A stretch of 48,768 nt of DNA, from assembly GCA_965364445.1 (NCBI GenBank), contig CBDTXM010000003.1, positions 1 through 48,768 on the forward strand. Direction: 5' to 3'. Source of the stretch: an uncultured bacterium. GTDB lineage: Bacteria > Gemmatimonadota > Gemmatimonadetes > Palauibacterales > Palauibacteraceae. The notes below the pieces were generated by a model, which searched no databases, was not told the origin of the DNA, and saw only the letters and a list, made by a program, of their open reading frames with translations. Both the position numbers and the translations under genes were made by a program. Below are positions 29,324-39,574 of this stretch, piece after piece. Within the stretch, counting starts at the first letter, position 1, and the number at the start of each line of letters is the position of its first letter.

Positions 29324-31219
29324 TCACGCTCCGGCGGCCTCCCGGATGCGGAGCCGCTGCCCCGATGTGAGCATGTCGCGCGCAATCACATCGCGGACGA
29401 TGCGAGCCACGAACGAGTATCCCCTCGCGTCGGCGCTCAGCCAGCGATGCCATTCGAGCTCGTCGAGCGCTTCGGCGAGCGTCGGGCCCTCGAAGCCGGT
29501 GACCCGCAGCAGCGTCGCGGGGGTCACGGGGCTCTCGAGAGCAGCCGCGGCCGCGAGGGTTTCCTGCGCCGTTTCGCTCAGTCGTCGGAATCCGATTCGG
29601 ATCGCGGCGGTGACCGTGTCGGGCAGGTCTCCCGGGTATGCCTGATCCATGGTCTTGAAGGGTTCCGGCCAGCTTTCCTGCTCCTCGAGCTCCAGGCCGA
29701 GTCGGACACCGTTCAGCAGATCGACCGCGAACAGGGGCAGGCCGGCAGAGTCGACCAGGATCCGTCGCGCGAGACGTTCCGCATCGGCCGGATCGAGGTC
29801 CGGCATCATCGCCCGGACGAGATCCTGCGTTCGTGTGCTGTCGAACGGTGGCACCGCGATCGAAACGCCGGCGATGTCGTGCCCGATCCGGCCGTGCAGT
29901 TCGTCCATACCGGGTGACGGAGGATACCCGCGCATCGTCATCATGAGCGTGCTGGGCGTCCCTGACAGGTCCCGCAACAGGCCCGGCAGAGCCCTGAGAC
30001 TCGAGGCGTCCACGTAGTCCGCTTCGTCGATCCAGAGGACCAGCGGTCGAAGCTCGGCCACGGCCCGGGCAACTTCGGTGAATGCGCCCGGGAGAGCCAT
30101 CGGTGCGGCGCCCGCGGCGTAGTCCCGTAGAGCCGGATCCTGCCACCCCGTGCGCTCGAGCAAGGCGGCGACACTTCGGGGATCGGCGACTGCGGCTCCC
30201 TCGGCTTCGAGCAGTCCACCCCGGGCGAGTCCCAGCAGGGCTGACCACTCGGAGCTTGCGTCGGAGGGCACGGACCGTATGCGTGCGATCGCCGCGCCCT
30301 CGAGACGGGCGCGAGTCAGGACCTCATCGGCGAGTCGGGTCTTCCCGGAGCCGGATTCTCCGTGCAGCACCACGAGTGCGGGCTGCCGGTCGGAAGCGCT
30401 GTCCCGGATGACACCGAGTGCCGTCGCCAGTTCACGTTCCCGTCCGATCAGTGGCGGTCTGCGGGACCAGGCTTCCTCACGGGAAAGCTCCTCGGGAGCC
30501 CGGAAACTCCTCTCTTTCTCCACGCGCTCGGCCAGCGCAGCCGTCTCGACCTCCGGCTCGATTCCGAGCTCGGCGGTCAGACGTGCCTCGAATTCCTGGT
30601 ACAGCCCCAGCGCCGAGGCCCGCTCGCCGCGCAGCGCCGCCGATTCCATCAACAGCCGGATCGCGCCGTCCGAAAAGGGATCGAGGCCGAGCGCGCGTCG
30701 TGCGAGCTCTGTCGCGGCGATCTCATCGCCGCGCGACAGGCGTGCCGTCCCCTGCTCCAGTAACGCCGTCGTTGCGATCCGATTCCAATGACTTCGCTCC
30801 GCGGCCAACCAGTCTTCTACTTCGTCGCAGCCCGGGACGGCAAACCCTTCCATCCACGAGCCCCGCACCATCGCCGCCGCCTCCTCCCACCGGGCGGCAT
30901 CGATCAGCCGCTCGAACTCCTCGAGGTCCAGCCGGACGCAATCGACGTCGAGCACGACCTGGTCGCCCACCGACTCCAGGGCGCCGGCCGCGCAGGCGCG
31001 TCGAAGGACACGCAGGGCTTCGTTCAGGGAATGCCGGGCCGTCGAGTCCGGACGGTCTCCCCACAGAATCCCGACGAGGTGCTCCCTGCTTCTTCGACCT
31101 CCCTTCGAGCGCGACAGGTACAGCAGGAGAGCGAGGTTCTTTCGCCAGAGCAGTTCCTTCGGGGGCTCTCCCCCGTCCACGAGCAGTTCGACGGGGCCCA
31201 ACGTTCGGATTTCGATCAT
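29324..31219 (-). CDS. SARP-type transcriptional activator: wHTH + BTAD + STAND AAA ATPase
   Basis: IRTLG, LALLLYL...REHLVGILWG, ALGLDPFSD...LGIEP, LIGREREL, Walker A GESGSGKT, Walker B LWIDE, GLPLF. ATGA overlap with the kinase stop. Confidence 0.9.
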   Translation of the reverse strand: MIEIRTLGPVELLVDGGEPPKELLWRKNLALLLYLSRSKGGRRSREHLVGILWGDRPDSTARHSLNEALRVLRRACAAGALESVGDQVVLDVDCVRLDLEEFERLIDAARWEEAAAMVRGSWMEGFAVPGCDEVEDWLAAERSHWNRIATTALLEQGTARLSRGDEIAATELARRALGLDPFSDGAIRLLMESAALRGERASALGLYQEFEARLTAELGIEPEVETAALAERVEKERSFRAPEELSREEAWSRRPPLIGRERELATALGVIRDSASDRQPALVVLHGESGSGKTRLADEVLTRARLEGAAIARIRSVPSDASSEWSALLGLARGGLLEAEGAAVADPRSVAALLERTGWQDPALRDYAAGAAPMALPGAFTEVARAVAELRPLVLWIDEADYVDASSLRALPGLLRDLSGTPSTLMMTMRGYPPSPGMDELHGRIGHDIAGVSIAVPPFDSTRTQDLVRAMMPDLDPADAERLARRILVDSAGLPLFAVDLLNGVRLGLELEEQESWPEPFKTMDQAYPGDLPDTVTAAIRIGFRRLSETAQETLAAAAALESPVTPATLLRVTGFEGPTLAEALDELEWHRWLSADARGYSFVARIVRDVIARDMLTSGQRLRIREAAGA

Positions 31220-34164
31220 CGCTCGCATCTCCGTTCGTTGGATTCCAGGTCCCGGGCGACCCGGGCGAGGAGCGGCTGGAGCGCCGGATCCGGATTCTGC
31301 CACAATCTCTCTGCCTCGCGGCCTCGACTCCGGACGAGATCACAGATCGGAAGACCGATTCCGCCGGCATCCGTCGGAAGGGCCGATGCGAGCTCGACGG
31401 TCCGGATTCGCGCATGGACACCGAAGGCGGCGTCGATCTCGGCTGCCTGGGCAATCCCCGGAGCCGTTCCCTCCTCGAGGTCCGTGTTTTCGTGCCAGTA
31501 CAGCGTGCGCAGAGCGGCTGCCGTGTCGCCCGCAGCAGCCTGCCACCGGGCGCGAAGCCAGTAGGTCACAGATCGACCGAACGGATAGCGATCGAGGGCG
31601 AGGGAATCGTATCGAACCAGGGCGTCCGTCCGCCGGAGCGCTTCCTCCGCACCCTCCCCGGCAGCGAGTTCCAGGGACTCCAGCAGCGCAGCGGCATCCC
31701 AGGCGGGAGGCGTCTCCCGAGACGCATCCAGGCTGAGCAGCGAGTCCAGCCATGGGGATCGATCCCCTCCGGACGCCGATCGGATCTCGTGGGACGCGAT
31801 CCCGAACGCGGCCCTCCGCCGGTGGTCCGGGTCGGCCCCTTCGGCCGCCCACACACCCAGCAGCTCCACTACCCCTGAATCCGCGCCGCTCGCCGGGAAC
31901 CCCTCCAGGCCGATGGCGTGCGGCAACACCCGCCACTCGGCGGCCTGCAGCCGGGCCTCGATTTCGTTCGTGATGGCGGTGATCGTGTCCAGTGCCGGCA
32001 GCGCCTCCCGGATTCGACCCTGGCCGAGTCGGCCGAGGGCTATGGCCAGCATCCCCTGCGCGGCATCACCGGGACTTCGAATCTCGCGGGCGAGATCGAC
32101 CAGTCGATGGCCCAGCATCTCCTGGCTTTCTGGAAGCTCCACGTACCGGACCCACCGGCACCCGATTCGCAGAAACTCGAGCGTGTTGGAGACCCACTCG
32201 GGCGAACCCGGCGAGCCGAATCCCGAGACGAGCTCTCCGAATCCCGCCCTTGCCTCGGCCGGGTCGGAGAATCTCTCCAGGTACGCCTGACGCCACACCG
32301 TGCAGTAGTCGACATCATGCTGGTCCGGCTGGCCCGAGACCGTGTTGAGAAGCTCGAGGCTCCGGGCGGACGGCTCTTCGTGACCCAGTCGGATCAGGGC
32401 CTGGGTGAGATGCTCGACGGCGGGAGCGAGCGTGGGATCCTTTCGGACGGCGACCGCGAACAGCGCGACCGCGGAATCGACCGGTTCGCCCCAGAGCCCG
32501 CCCCGATGGTACAGCTCATCGGCATACAACAGGGTGGGGTACGCTTCCTCGGGAAACCGGCTGGCTGCCGCTGCCAGCTGCACCGGCTTCTCCTCGTACG
32601 ACGCGATTCGCGCGGCCAACAGTACCGAGTCCCGCACCGGAAGCTTCGCCGATCCGGTTCTGTGCAGCTCTTCGAGGTCGACTTCCACCGCCGCGTGGGC
32701 GAGCCAGCGCTGCGATTCCGCAAGGTGCCATTCCGCCAGGGCGAAGTCGGGTTCCACGGCCAGGGCATGGCTGAACTGCACGACTGCGTCTCGCAGGGCA
32801 TCTTCCCGGAACCGCTGCTTCCCCTCGAGAAACGAGAGCACTGCGTCCGCCGAGTAGTCCCGCAGCACGCCGGCTTCGTCCGGGCTCACCCGGGTGAGGC
32901 CCGCACCGCCCATCCCTTCGAGAACGATGTGAAACAAGGCCTGTCCCGCACCGATCGTGTCGCCCGACGCCACGCTCTGCCGATACGGGCCCTCCGACGC
33001 ACTCCCCTGGTGCAGGCGCGCAGTCACGAGCCACTCGCCGTTCGTCTCCGAGATTCGACACTCCGTGACCCACTCCACGCCCAGTGCCTCGGACCAGCCG
33101 GGCCAGTCTTCGCTCGGCAACGCATCGCGGTACCGATCCCAGCTGCTGAGCGTCTGCCGCTCGCTGAGCATGCGGACGTCCCGGAGCGCATCGAGCTGCG
33201 TCGTGGCGTACGACCGGGCGTATCGAGCGATCTCGGGGTCGACACCGGGCGAGCTGCAAGGGAGCACGGCCAGGTCGGCGATCGCGGGCGGAAGCGGTCG
33301 GGGCCAGACCTGCCAGACGAGGTACATCGAAAGCGCTCCGAGAAGCAGAACCGCAGCGCGGAGCCCTACCGACCGGCGCCCCGACCCACGGCGGAAGGCC
33401 CGGAGAAAGGCTTCGGCGTCGGACCACCGGCGCTCCGGATCCGGATCCAGGGCGCGTGACAGCACGGAGCGCAGGCGCAGCGGAACTCCGGACCAGTGGG
33501 CATGTGCCGGCGCCTGGTACGTGATCCAGCGGCGGCCCGTGAAGGCCTCGTAGATGGCCATCGCGGCCGAATACAGGTCCGATCGCTCGGATGCCTCGCC
33601 GCCGGCCAGTTGCTCGGGGGACATGTAAGCGGGAGTGCCGGGCGATTCCGTCCCGGTCACCGTCGGCTCCGCCCCCGTCATCTCCTTGCTGATGCCGAAG
33701 TCCGCCAGCAGCGCGCGGTCGGGACGCACGAAGATGTTTCCGGGCTTCACGTCGCGGTGCACGCGCCCGCCCGCATGGGTCGCAGCCAGCGCAGAAAGCA
33801 GGTTCGTTCCGAGGCGGACGGCTTCGTCCCTGGAGAGCGCCCCTTCCTCGAGGAGTCGTTCCCGGAGGGTGGGCGCATCCACGAAGTCCATCACATAGTA
33901 CTGCAGGCCACCCGCGGAATCGCATTCGTGGATGGCAACAATGTTCGGATGGGACACGGCGGCTAGGGCACGGGCCTCTCGCATGAACCGCTCGGATCCG
34001 ACCGCGGTCGCCAGCTCCGGGCGGAGAACCTTGATGGCCACGCGCCGACCGAGTGTCGTGTCCTCGGCCTGGAATACGCGCGCCATGCCGCCGGCGCCGA
34101 TCTCACCGAGCACCGTGTAGCGAGACGCCACGGCAGAGGCGAGTCGGTCCGATAAAGAGCCCAT
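31216..34164 (-). CDS. Hanks-type Ser/Thr kinase with TM, TolB-like and TPR-like domains
   Basis: GAGGMA, VAIK, HRDVKPGN, DFG, GTPAYMSPE, TM AAVLLLGALSMYLVW, LAVLP, helical repeats (ALAVEPDFA, AVRKDPTLA). Confidence 0.93.
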   Translation of the reverse strand: MGSLSDRLASAVASRYTVLGEIGAGGMARVFQAEDTTLGRRVAIKVLRPELATAVGSERFMREARALAAVSHPNIVAIHECDSAGGLQYYVMDFVDAPTLRERLLEEGALSRDEAVRLGTNLLSALAATHAGGRVHRDVKPGNIFVRPDRALLADFGISKEMTGAEPTVTGTESPGTPAYMSPEQLAGGEASERSDLYSAAMAIYEAFTGRRWITYQAPAHAHWSGVPLRLRSVLSRALDPDPERRWSDAEAFLRAFRRGSGRRSVGLRAAVLLLGALSMYLVWQVWPRPLPPAIADLAVLPCSSPGVDPEIARYARSYATTQLDALRDVRMLSERQTLSSWDRYRDALPSEDWPGWSEALGVEWVTECRISETNGEWLVTARLHQGSASEGPYRQSVASGDTIGAGQALFHIVLEGMGGAGLTRVSPDEAGVLRDYSADAVLSFLEGKQRFREDALRDAVVQFSHALAVEPDFALAEWHLAESQRWLAHAAVEVDLEELHRTGSAKLPVRDSVLLAARIASYEEKPVQLAAAASRFPEEAYPTLLYADELYHRGGLWGEPVDSAVALFAVAVRKDPTLAPAVEHLTQALIRLGHEEPSARSLELLNTVSGQPDQHDVDYCTVWRQAYLERFSDPAEARAGFGELVSGFGSPGSPEWVSNTLEFLRIGCRWVRYVELPESQEMLGHRLVDLAREIRSPGDAAQGMLAIALGRLGQGRIREALPALDTITAITNEIEARLQAAEWRVLPHAIGLEGFPASGADSGVVELLGVWAAEGADPDHRRRAAFGIASHEIRSASGGDRSPWLDSLLSLDASRETPPAWDAAALLESLELAAGEGAEEALRRTDALVRYDSLALDRYPFGRSVTYWLRARWQAAAGDTAAALRTLYWHENTDLEEGTAPGIAQAAEIDAAFGVHARIRTVELASALPTDAGGIGLPICDLVRSRGREAERLWQNPDPALQPLLARVARDLESNERRCER

Positions 34165-34234
34165 GGCCTTCCCTTCGGATGGCGGACCTGACGGGGGCTG
34201 TCGGTCCCGGCGCGATGGGATCTCGCGTCGACTG

Positions 34235-34264
34235 AGTCTAGGATCGCACGGGAGGGTGAGTCAA
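34235..34264 (-). promoter_or_regulatory. Candidate sigma70 promoter for the kinase operon
   Basis: TTGACT-N18-TAGACT on the minus strand, about 70 nt before the kinase ATG. Confidence 0.45.
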
Positions 34265-34418
34265 GTCGCTGTGGTGCAATAAGAACGGGCTGCGCCGATC
34301 CCGGGTCGGACGGTCGCTGTCGAAGCGGCGTCGATTCCGGTAACTTCGGTGCGCCTGACCGGATCCGGTCGGCCCGGAACCGGCACCCAGAATCGCACAC
34401 CACCGATCGGATGCGTTC

Positions 34419-35072
34419 ATGTCAGTGATCTCCACCCTCCGCGCCATGTTGACGATCCGGAAGGGCGTGTTCACCGGTCTGGACGAGGAGTCTGTCGGGA
34501 CCGAGCCATTCGGTCTGTTCGATCGCTGGTACCTCGAAGCGCGACGTGCCGGTCTCTATCTACCGGAATCGATGACGCTGGCCACCGCTACGCCGGACGG
34601 AAAGCCCTCGGCGCGCCTCGTGCTGCTGAAAGGCCACGACGAAAGGGGATTCGTGTTCTTCACGAACTATGAGAGCCGGAAAGCGGCCGAGCTCGAATCC
34701 AATCCCGTGGCGTCGCTCGCGATTCACTGGCCGATCCTGCAACGACAGGTGCGGGTCGAGGGGAGTGTCGAGCGGATCACCGAGGACGAGTCCTATTCAT
34801 ACTTCAGCACCCGGCCGCGGGGCAGCAGGATCGGCGCCTGGGCCTCACCGCAGAGCCGCGTGATTCCCGACCGGGCCGAGCTGGAGAGGCGCGTGGCCGA
34901 ATTCGACGCAAGGTATCCGGGGGAGGAGATTCCGCTCCCTCCGCACTGGGGGGGCTACCGGATTCGACCGGATCGAATCGAGTTCTGGCAGGGTCGGGCG
35001 AGCAGGCTGCACGACCGCTTCCGGTTCTCGCGCGAAGGTGATGCGTGGAAGGTGGAGCGGCTCGCTCCGTGA
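34419..35072 (+). CDS. pdxH: Pyridoxine/pyridoxamine 5'-phosphate oxidase
   Basis: [46 protein letters not shown]. Confidence 0.97.
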   Translation: MSVISTLRAMLTIRKGVFTGLDEESVGTEPFGLFDRWYLEARRAGLYLPESMTLATATPDGKPSARLVLLKGHDERGFVFFTNYESRKAAELESNPVASLAIHWPILQRQVRVEGSVERITEDESYSYFSTRPRGSRIGAWASPQSRVIPDRAELERRVAEFDARYPGEEIPLPPHWGGYRIRPDRIEFWQGRASRLHDRFRFSREGDAWKVERLAP

Positions 35073-35166
35073 GCCACGGTCGTGCTCGAGATGGGTTGGC
35101 GAATTCGCGGTTGAACGGCGATCTTTGTCCACTTGGAAGTGATATTCCCACCCCGAGGAGATAGAC

Positions 35167-36423
35167 ATGTCCCGAATAGCTACCGTGAGCCTCGTAACGG
35201 CCGCCGTGACGCTCGCCGCTTGCGGCGGCAGCGATGGCGGAACGGCGACGTCCGAATGGACCGGAACGTCGGTCGACAGCGCCGGAATTCAGGTGGTGAC
35301 CAACACGCTGAACCCGATCTGGAACGAGGGCGACGCCTGGTCCCTCGAAGAGGTCCTGACGATCGGGGCTGCCGAGGGTGACCCCGAGTATCAGTTCGGC
35401 CAGATCTCCGGTATCGGCCTTGCTTCGGATGGCCGTGTCGTGGTTTCCGACATGCAGGGCCAGCACGTGAAGGTCTTTGCGGCCGACGGAAGCTGGGAGC
35501 GGACCTTCGGCGAGGCCGGCAGCGGCCCCGGACAGTTCGGACAACAGGCCGGTCCGGTTCTCGTGGGCCGGGGCGACACGATCCTGGTGCCGGACATTCA
35601 GAATCAGCGCGTCAGTCTCATGACGGCGGACGGAGAAGACCTGGGGAGCTTCCGGATCGGCTTCGAATCGGGCGTGCCGATCCGCTGGGAGATTCGGGGC
35701 GATGGAGCGATGGTCACCCAGCTCCGGCAGCTCAACCTTCCGAACACGCCGGGCGAACCGGACACGCTGGATGCGATCGTCTCCCGCGGCTACGACGGCG
35801 TCATCTCGGACACCCTGTTCCGGGTCCCGGCGGGCAAGACTTTTTCCTTCTCAGGGGGTCAGCCGGAATTCCATTTCTTCTCGCCGGAGCCCGTGTGGGC
35901 CCTGCTGCCGGACGGGGGGATCGTTCTCGGTACCAATGACAGGTACCGGTTCGTATTCCACGGTCCGGACGGCACGCCGACCCGGATCGTGAACATCCCC
36001 TCGGAGCCGAACATGGTCACCGAGGAAGACAAGGAGATCTTCGTCTCGACGCTCGAATCGCTGTGGGGCGAGGCCGGCGTACCGCCGCAGGGCATCGAGC
36101 AGCTCAAATCAGGGATCAGCTTCGAGGACCGTTTTCCCGCATTCACGCAGGCATTGTCCGGTCCGAGCGGAACGCTCTGGGTTCAGAAGATCAGGGCTCT
36201 GAGCGAAATGAGCGCCGAGGAGAAGGAGAGCTTCAATCCGCTACAGAACATCGGCTCCGCCGAGTGGGATGTGTTCGATGCGGAGGGGCGCTACCTCGGT
36301 ATCGTCGAGATGCCCTTCCATTACCAGCCGCTGGGATTTGTGGGAGATCGAATTCTCGGCGTGTGGCGCGACGACCTCGACGTGCAGTACGTGAAGATTC
36401 TCAGGGTCGCCGGCCTGGACTGA
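35167..36423 (+). CDS. 6-bladed beta-propeller (NHL-like) lipoprotein
   Basis: GAGGAG RBS, lipobox LAAC, DSAGIQVV, GSGPGQF, WDVFDAEGRYLG, DDLDVQYV. Confidence 0.85.
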   Translation: MSRIATVSLVTAAVTLAACGGSDGGTATSEWTGTSVDSAGIQVVTNTLNPIWNEGDAWSLEEVLTIGAAEGDPEYQFGQISGIGLASDGRVVVSDMQGQHVKVFAADGSWERTFGEAGSGPGQFGQQAGPVLVGRGDTILVPDIQNQRVSLMTADGEDLGSFRIGFESGVPIRWEIRGDGAMVTQLRQLNLPNTPGEPDTLDAIVSRGYDGVISDTLFRVPAGKTFSFSGGQPEFHFFSPEPVWALLPDGGIVLGTNDRYRFVFHGPDGTPTRIVNIPSEPNMVTEEDKEIFVSTLESLWGEAGVPPQGIEQLKSGISFEDRFPAFTQALSGPSGTLWVQKIRALSEMSAEEKESFNPLQNIGSAEWDVFDAEGRYLGIVEMPFHYQPLGFVGDRILGVWRDDLDVQYVKILRVAGLD

Positions 36424-36438
36424 ACCTCTCCCGTTTCC

Positions 36439-36466
36439 GCCGGGACCGGCTCCAGCCGGTCCCGGC
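36439..36466. terminator. 12-bp perfect hairpin between convergent genes
   Basis: GCCGGGACCGGC-TCCA-GCCGGTCCCGGC. Confidence 0.55.
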
Positions 36467-36490
36467 ACCGGCCGATTCGGGATCCCCGAC

Positions 36491-37213
36491 TCAGTCGATC
36501 ACGAACACGGCGTGCACCGTGACCCGGATCTCCTTCTCCCGGGACGAGGTGTCGTAGATCCCGTAGGCGGCGACGTCGGTCGAGAACGGTTCGGTGATCT
36601 GGAACACGCCGGCGCGTGCCGAGGCGATCCCCTCGATGCCCTCGCCCGTTGCCGAGGCAATCTCCTCTGCCCGCATTCGGGCGTCTTCGGTAGCTCGGGC
36701 GAGCAGGGTGCGCTTCACCTCGGCAAGCCCGGAATAGAAATACTGAAGGCGCGAATTCTGAAGCAGCAGCCCTTCCGCCAGCAGGCCGGACGGATCGAGC
36801 GCGAGCGACTCGACCACGTCCAGGTCCTCCGAGACCAGGTAGAGCGTCTGGTTCACCTGGTACTCGCGAATGCCATCCGAACCGTACATCGGGTTCGTCG
36901 TCACCGGCTGAAGGACCACCGCTTCGCGCGGTACGCCGGCTGCGACAAGCCCGGCGACGACCGACTCGACATCGCGGTTGATCCTCACGTAGCCGTCGCT
37001 GAGTTGCGACACGGGCACCGTCCGACCCACGCCCAGGCTCCACTTCACCTGGTCGGCCTCGAACGGCTGCGATGCCATTCCCACGACCTGCACCGTGGCG
37101 CGCGAGTGGCGGGCCTGGTAGAAGGAACCACCAAGGATCATCGACGACACCACTATGGCGAGGGCCAGGATCCACGTCGCCCGAGCGCCACTCCGTCCTT
37201 TCGTTTCCGTCAT
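36491..37213 (-). CDS. SIMPL (DUF541) domain protein
   Basis: N-terminal TM, VQVVGMA, ATEDARMRAEEIA, GVFQIT, KEIRVTV. Confidence 0.85.
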   Translation of the reverse strand: MTETKGRSGARATWILALAIVVSSMILGGSFYQARHSRATVQVVGMASQPFEADQVKWSLGVGRTVPVSQLSDGYVRINRDVESVVAGLVAAGVPREAVVLQPVTTNPMYGSDGIREYQVNQTLYLVSEDLDVVESLALDPSGLLAEGLLLQNSRLQYFYSGLAEVKRTLLARATEDARMRAEEIASATGEGIEGIASARAGVFQITEPFSTDVAAYGIYDTSSREKEIRVTVHAVFVID

Positions 37214-38010
37214 TCTCCCCTGCTCTTCGTGTGGATCCGGTCCGTTTCGTTTCGAATCCGATTCATCAATGAACCTGCGTACGCAATTCCGCGCGGCGTG
37301 CGCGAGCCGTGCCAGCTGAGCAATTCCCCATCCACGATCCGGAACCGTGCGCGTGCGATGCCGGTCGCCGCCGACAGCTCGTCGGCGTGCGCCTCCCGGA
37401 ACGGGAATGGCTCGGTGGAAAGAAGAACCGCATCGGGATCGGCGGCGGCCAGACCCTCGATGCCGACGGACGGGTACCGGTCGGGAAAGCCTGCCCGCCC
37501 GTCGAACGCGTTCACGCCTCCCGCCAGCCCGAGCAGATCATCGATGAACGTGTCGGTACCGGCAGCCATCACCGGGTCCCTCCAGATCAGGTACGCGTAG
37601 CGGACCGGATCGCGTCCCACCGCTTCCTCCCGGACACGTCGAGCACCGACCTCGATCTCCACCGCGATTCGCTCCGCCTCCGCTGCGGCACCGATCGCCG
37701 CCCCGATGGATCGGACCATCGTCGCGGTCTCCGCCGCAGTCTTCGGAAAGCTCACGTGGCAGCAGACGCCGCGGTCACGCAGTTCATCGGCGTCCTCGAT
37801 CCGGTTCTCTTCCTCGTTCAACAGCACGATGTCCGGCGCGAGCTCGACGATCCTGTCCACCCGTGGGTTCTTCGTACCTCCGACCTTCTCGATCGGGGCC
37901 ACGCCTTCGGCCGGATGGATGCAGAACTTCGTCACGCCGACCAGGTCGTCGCCGTGACCGAGGTCGAAAACGAGCTCGGTGAGACTGGGACAGAGGGACA
38001 CGATTCGCAC
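37210..38010 (-). CDS. BtuF-like helical-backbone (cobalamin/Fe-siderophore-binding fold) protein
   Basis: RIVSLCPSLTE, VGVTKFCIHP, GGTKNP, EEN, VDGELLSWHGSR. No signal peptide. Confidence 0.85.
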   Translation of the reverse strand: MRIVSLCPSLTELVFDLGHGDDLVGVTKFCIHPAEGVAPIEKVGGTKNPRVDRIVELAPDIVLLNEEENRIEDADELRDRGVCCHVSFPKTAAETATMVRSIGAAIGAAAEAERIAVEIEVGARRVREEAVGRDPVRYAYLIWRDPVMAAGTDTFIDDLLGLAGGVNAFDGRAGFPDRYPSVGIEGLAAADPDAVLLSTEPFPFREAHADELSAATGIARARFRIVDGELLSWHGSRTPRGIAYAGSLMNRIRNETDRIHTKSRGE

Positions 38011-38124
38011 GCGCAGAATCTACGCGTGCCCGGCCGAGTCAGCACGCTCCGCAGGGGTGGTGCCCGCCGACATCCCCGAGGGAACTGCGCCGGCGAGCTC
38101 GTGGGCCGCTCTCGGCCCGGACTG

Positions 38125-39261
38125 TCAGTGCGGCGCAGCGGCCGTGGGAACGCTCACGTCGGGCAACGGCGTATCGGCCGTGTGAGGCGGAAGCACCGGA
38201 TAGTCCACCTGCGGCTGACGCCCGGTCAGGGTCTCGAGAAACGCCGTGATCGCCCTCACCTCATCCGGTGTCAGCACGGCTCCCAGCTGCGCCGATCCCA
38301 TGATCGACACGGCCTCTTCGAGCGACCATACCTTGCCGGAGTGAAAGTAGGGCGCGGTGATCTCGATGTTTCTCAGCGAGGGCGACTTGAAGACGTACTG
38401 GTCGGCCTCGGTGTTGGTGACGCTGAACCGGCCCAGGTCGCCCACCGGCCGAATCGCCTCGGGCGGCGCCTGGACGACACCGAACGGGAAGTATCCCTCT
38501 CCGCCGAAGTTCACGCCGGCGTGGCAGCCGGAGCAGCCCTTCGACACGAAGACCTCGAGCCCCTTCACCTGCAACTCCGTCATCGCCGCGTCATCACCGG
38601 CCAGCCAGCGGTCGAACGGGGAGCCGGGCGTTACCAGCGTGGCCTCGAACGCCTCGATCGCCCGCGCCATGTTGTCGAAGGTCACCGGCTCGCCTTCACC
38701 TGGAAACGCCTTCGCGAACAGATCTCGGTACTCGGGAATCGAGCGCAGCGTCGCGATCGCTCGATCCGGATCGCTGGCCATCTCCACGGAGGCCTGCACG
38801 GGGCCCTTGGCCTGCTCCTCCAGGTCGGCCGCACGCCCGTCCCAGAACTGGGCGAGGTTGAATACGGCGTTCAGCACCGTCGGTGCGTTTCGCGGGCCTT
38901 TCTGCCACCCGTGGCCGATCGAGGTCTCCATCAGGTCGATCCCGCCGAGCGACAGGTTGTGGCAGGTATTGCAGCTGATCAGCCAGCTGGAGGAGAGCCG
39001 GGGCTCGAAGTAGAGCATCTTGCCGAGTTCGACCTTCTCGTCCGTCAGAGGATTGTCGGCCAGCTCGGGTGCTACGGCCGGAACGACCTCGAACAATGCC
39101 GCGGCCTGTGCCCGTATCGCCGGTCCCTCGCCGGTGACGACGGTCTGAGGCGGCGCATCGGTCGCTGCAGATCCTTCGCCATCCATCGTGTCGTCGCCTG
39201 CGGAGCAGGCCGCTACTACGAATCCTACCGCCAGCCATGTCAGCAGTTGCAGGCTCTTCAT
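38125..39261 (-). CDS. ccpA: Di-heme cytochrome c peroxidase (lipoprotein)
   Basis: Lipobox VAAC, LGKMLYFEPRLS, CNTCH, PRNAPTV, QFWDGRA, CSGCH, FKSPSLRN, PYFHSG. Confidence 0.92.
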   Translation of the reverse strand: MKSLQLLTWLAVGFVVAACSAGDDTMDGEGSAATDAPPQTVVTGEGPAIRAQAAALFEVVPAVAPELADNPLTDEKVELGKMLYFEPRLSSSWLISCNTCHNLSLGGIDLMETSIGHGWQKGPRNAPTVLNAVFNLAQFWDGRAADLEEQAKGPVQASVEMASDPDRAIATLRSIPEYRDLFAKAFPGEGEPVTFDNMARAIEAFEATLVTPGSPFDRWLAGDDAAMTELQVKGLEVFVSKGCSGCHAGVNFGGEGYFPFGVVQAPPEAIRPVGDLGRFSVTNTEADQYVFKSPSLRNIEITAPYFHSGKVWSLEEAVSIMGSAQLGAVLTPDEVRAITAFLETLTGRQPQVDYPVLPPHTADTPLPDVSVPTAAAPH

Positions 39262-39574
39262 CTCTTGCCTCGTTCCGTTCGAGTGCCGCGTCCCGTTGCG
39301 CCGGATCACGGTTTCACCAATCGTGCCACGGTCCGCGGCGATCGAGGGACGTAACGAATCGGGCGGGAATCCCGAGACGGCTCGCTAACCGACTCAGGCA
39401 CAAGCGGTTTCGGACCCGCGTGCCGCCGCGGCGCGGGGCAGGGCAACTGCGTGGCGGAAAGGCTCGACGCGCGGACGGGCCAATCCGTGAAGGAACGCGC
39501 CATATCGTCCCGGCTGGAGACGACCGACGTACTCGACGGGAGCGGGACCCGGGAAAGATCGGGAGGGGATCACG

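Noticed and set aside
29324-34164. STAND ATPase + kinase as an anti-phage (Avs-like) defence system
   Set aside because: The N-terminus is wHTH-BTAD (a transcription activator), not a nuclease or other effector, and there is no defence-island context.
38011-38124. Cobalamin riboswitch upstream of the BtuF-like gene
   Set aside because: The region is GC-rich and foldable but lacks recognisable B12-box and GCCACTG core elements.
39313-39328. Sigma54 promoter for the cytochrome c peroxidase (TGGCACG on the minus strand)
   Set aside because: The -24 element is perfect, but -12 reads GTGA rather than TTGC; too weak to call.
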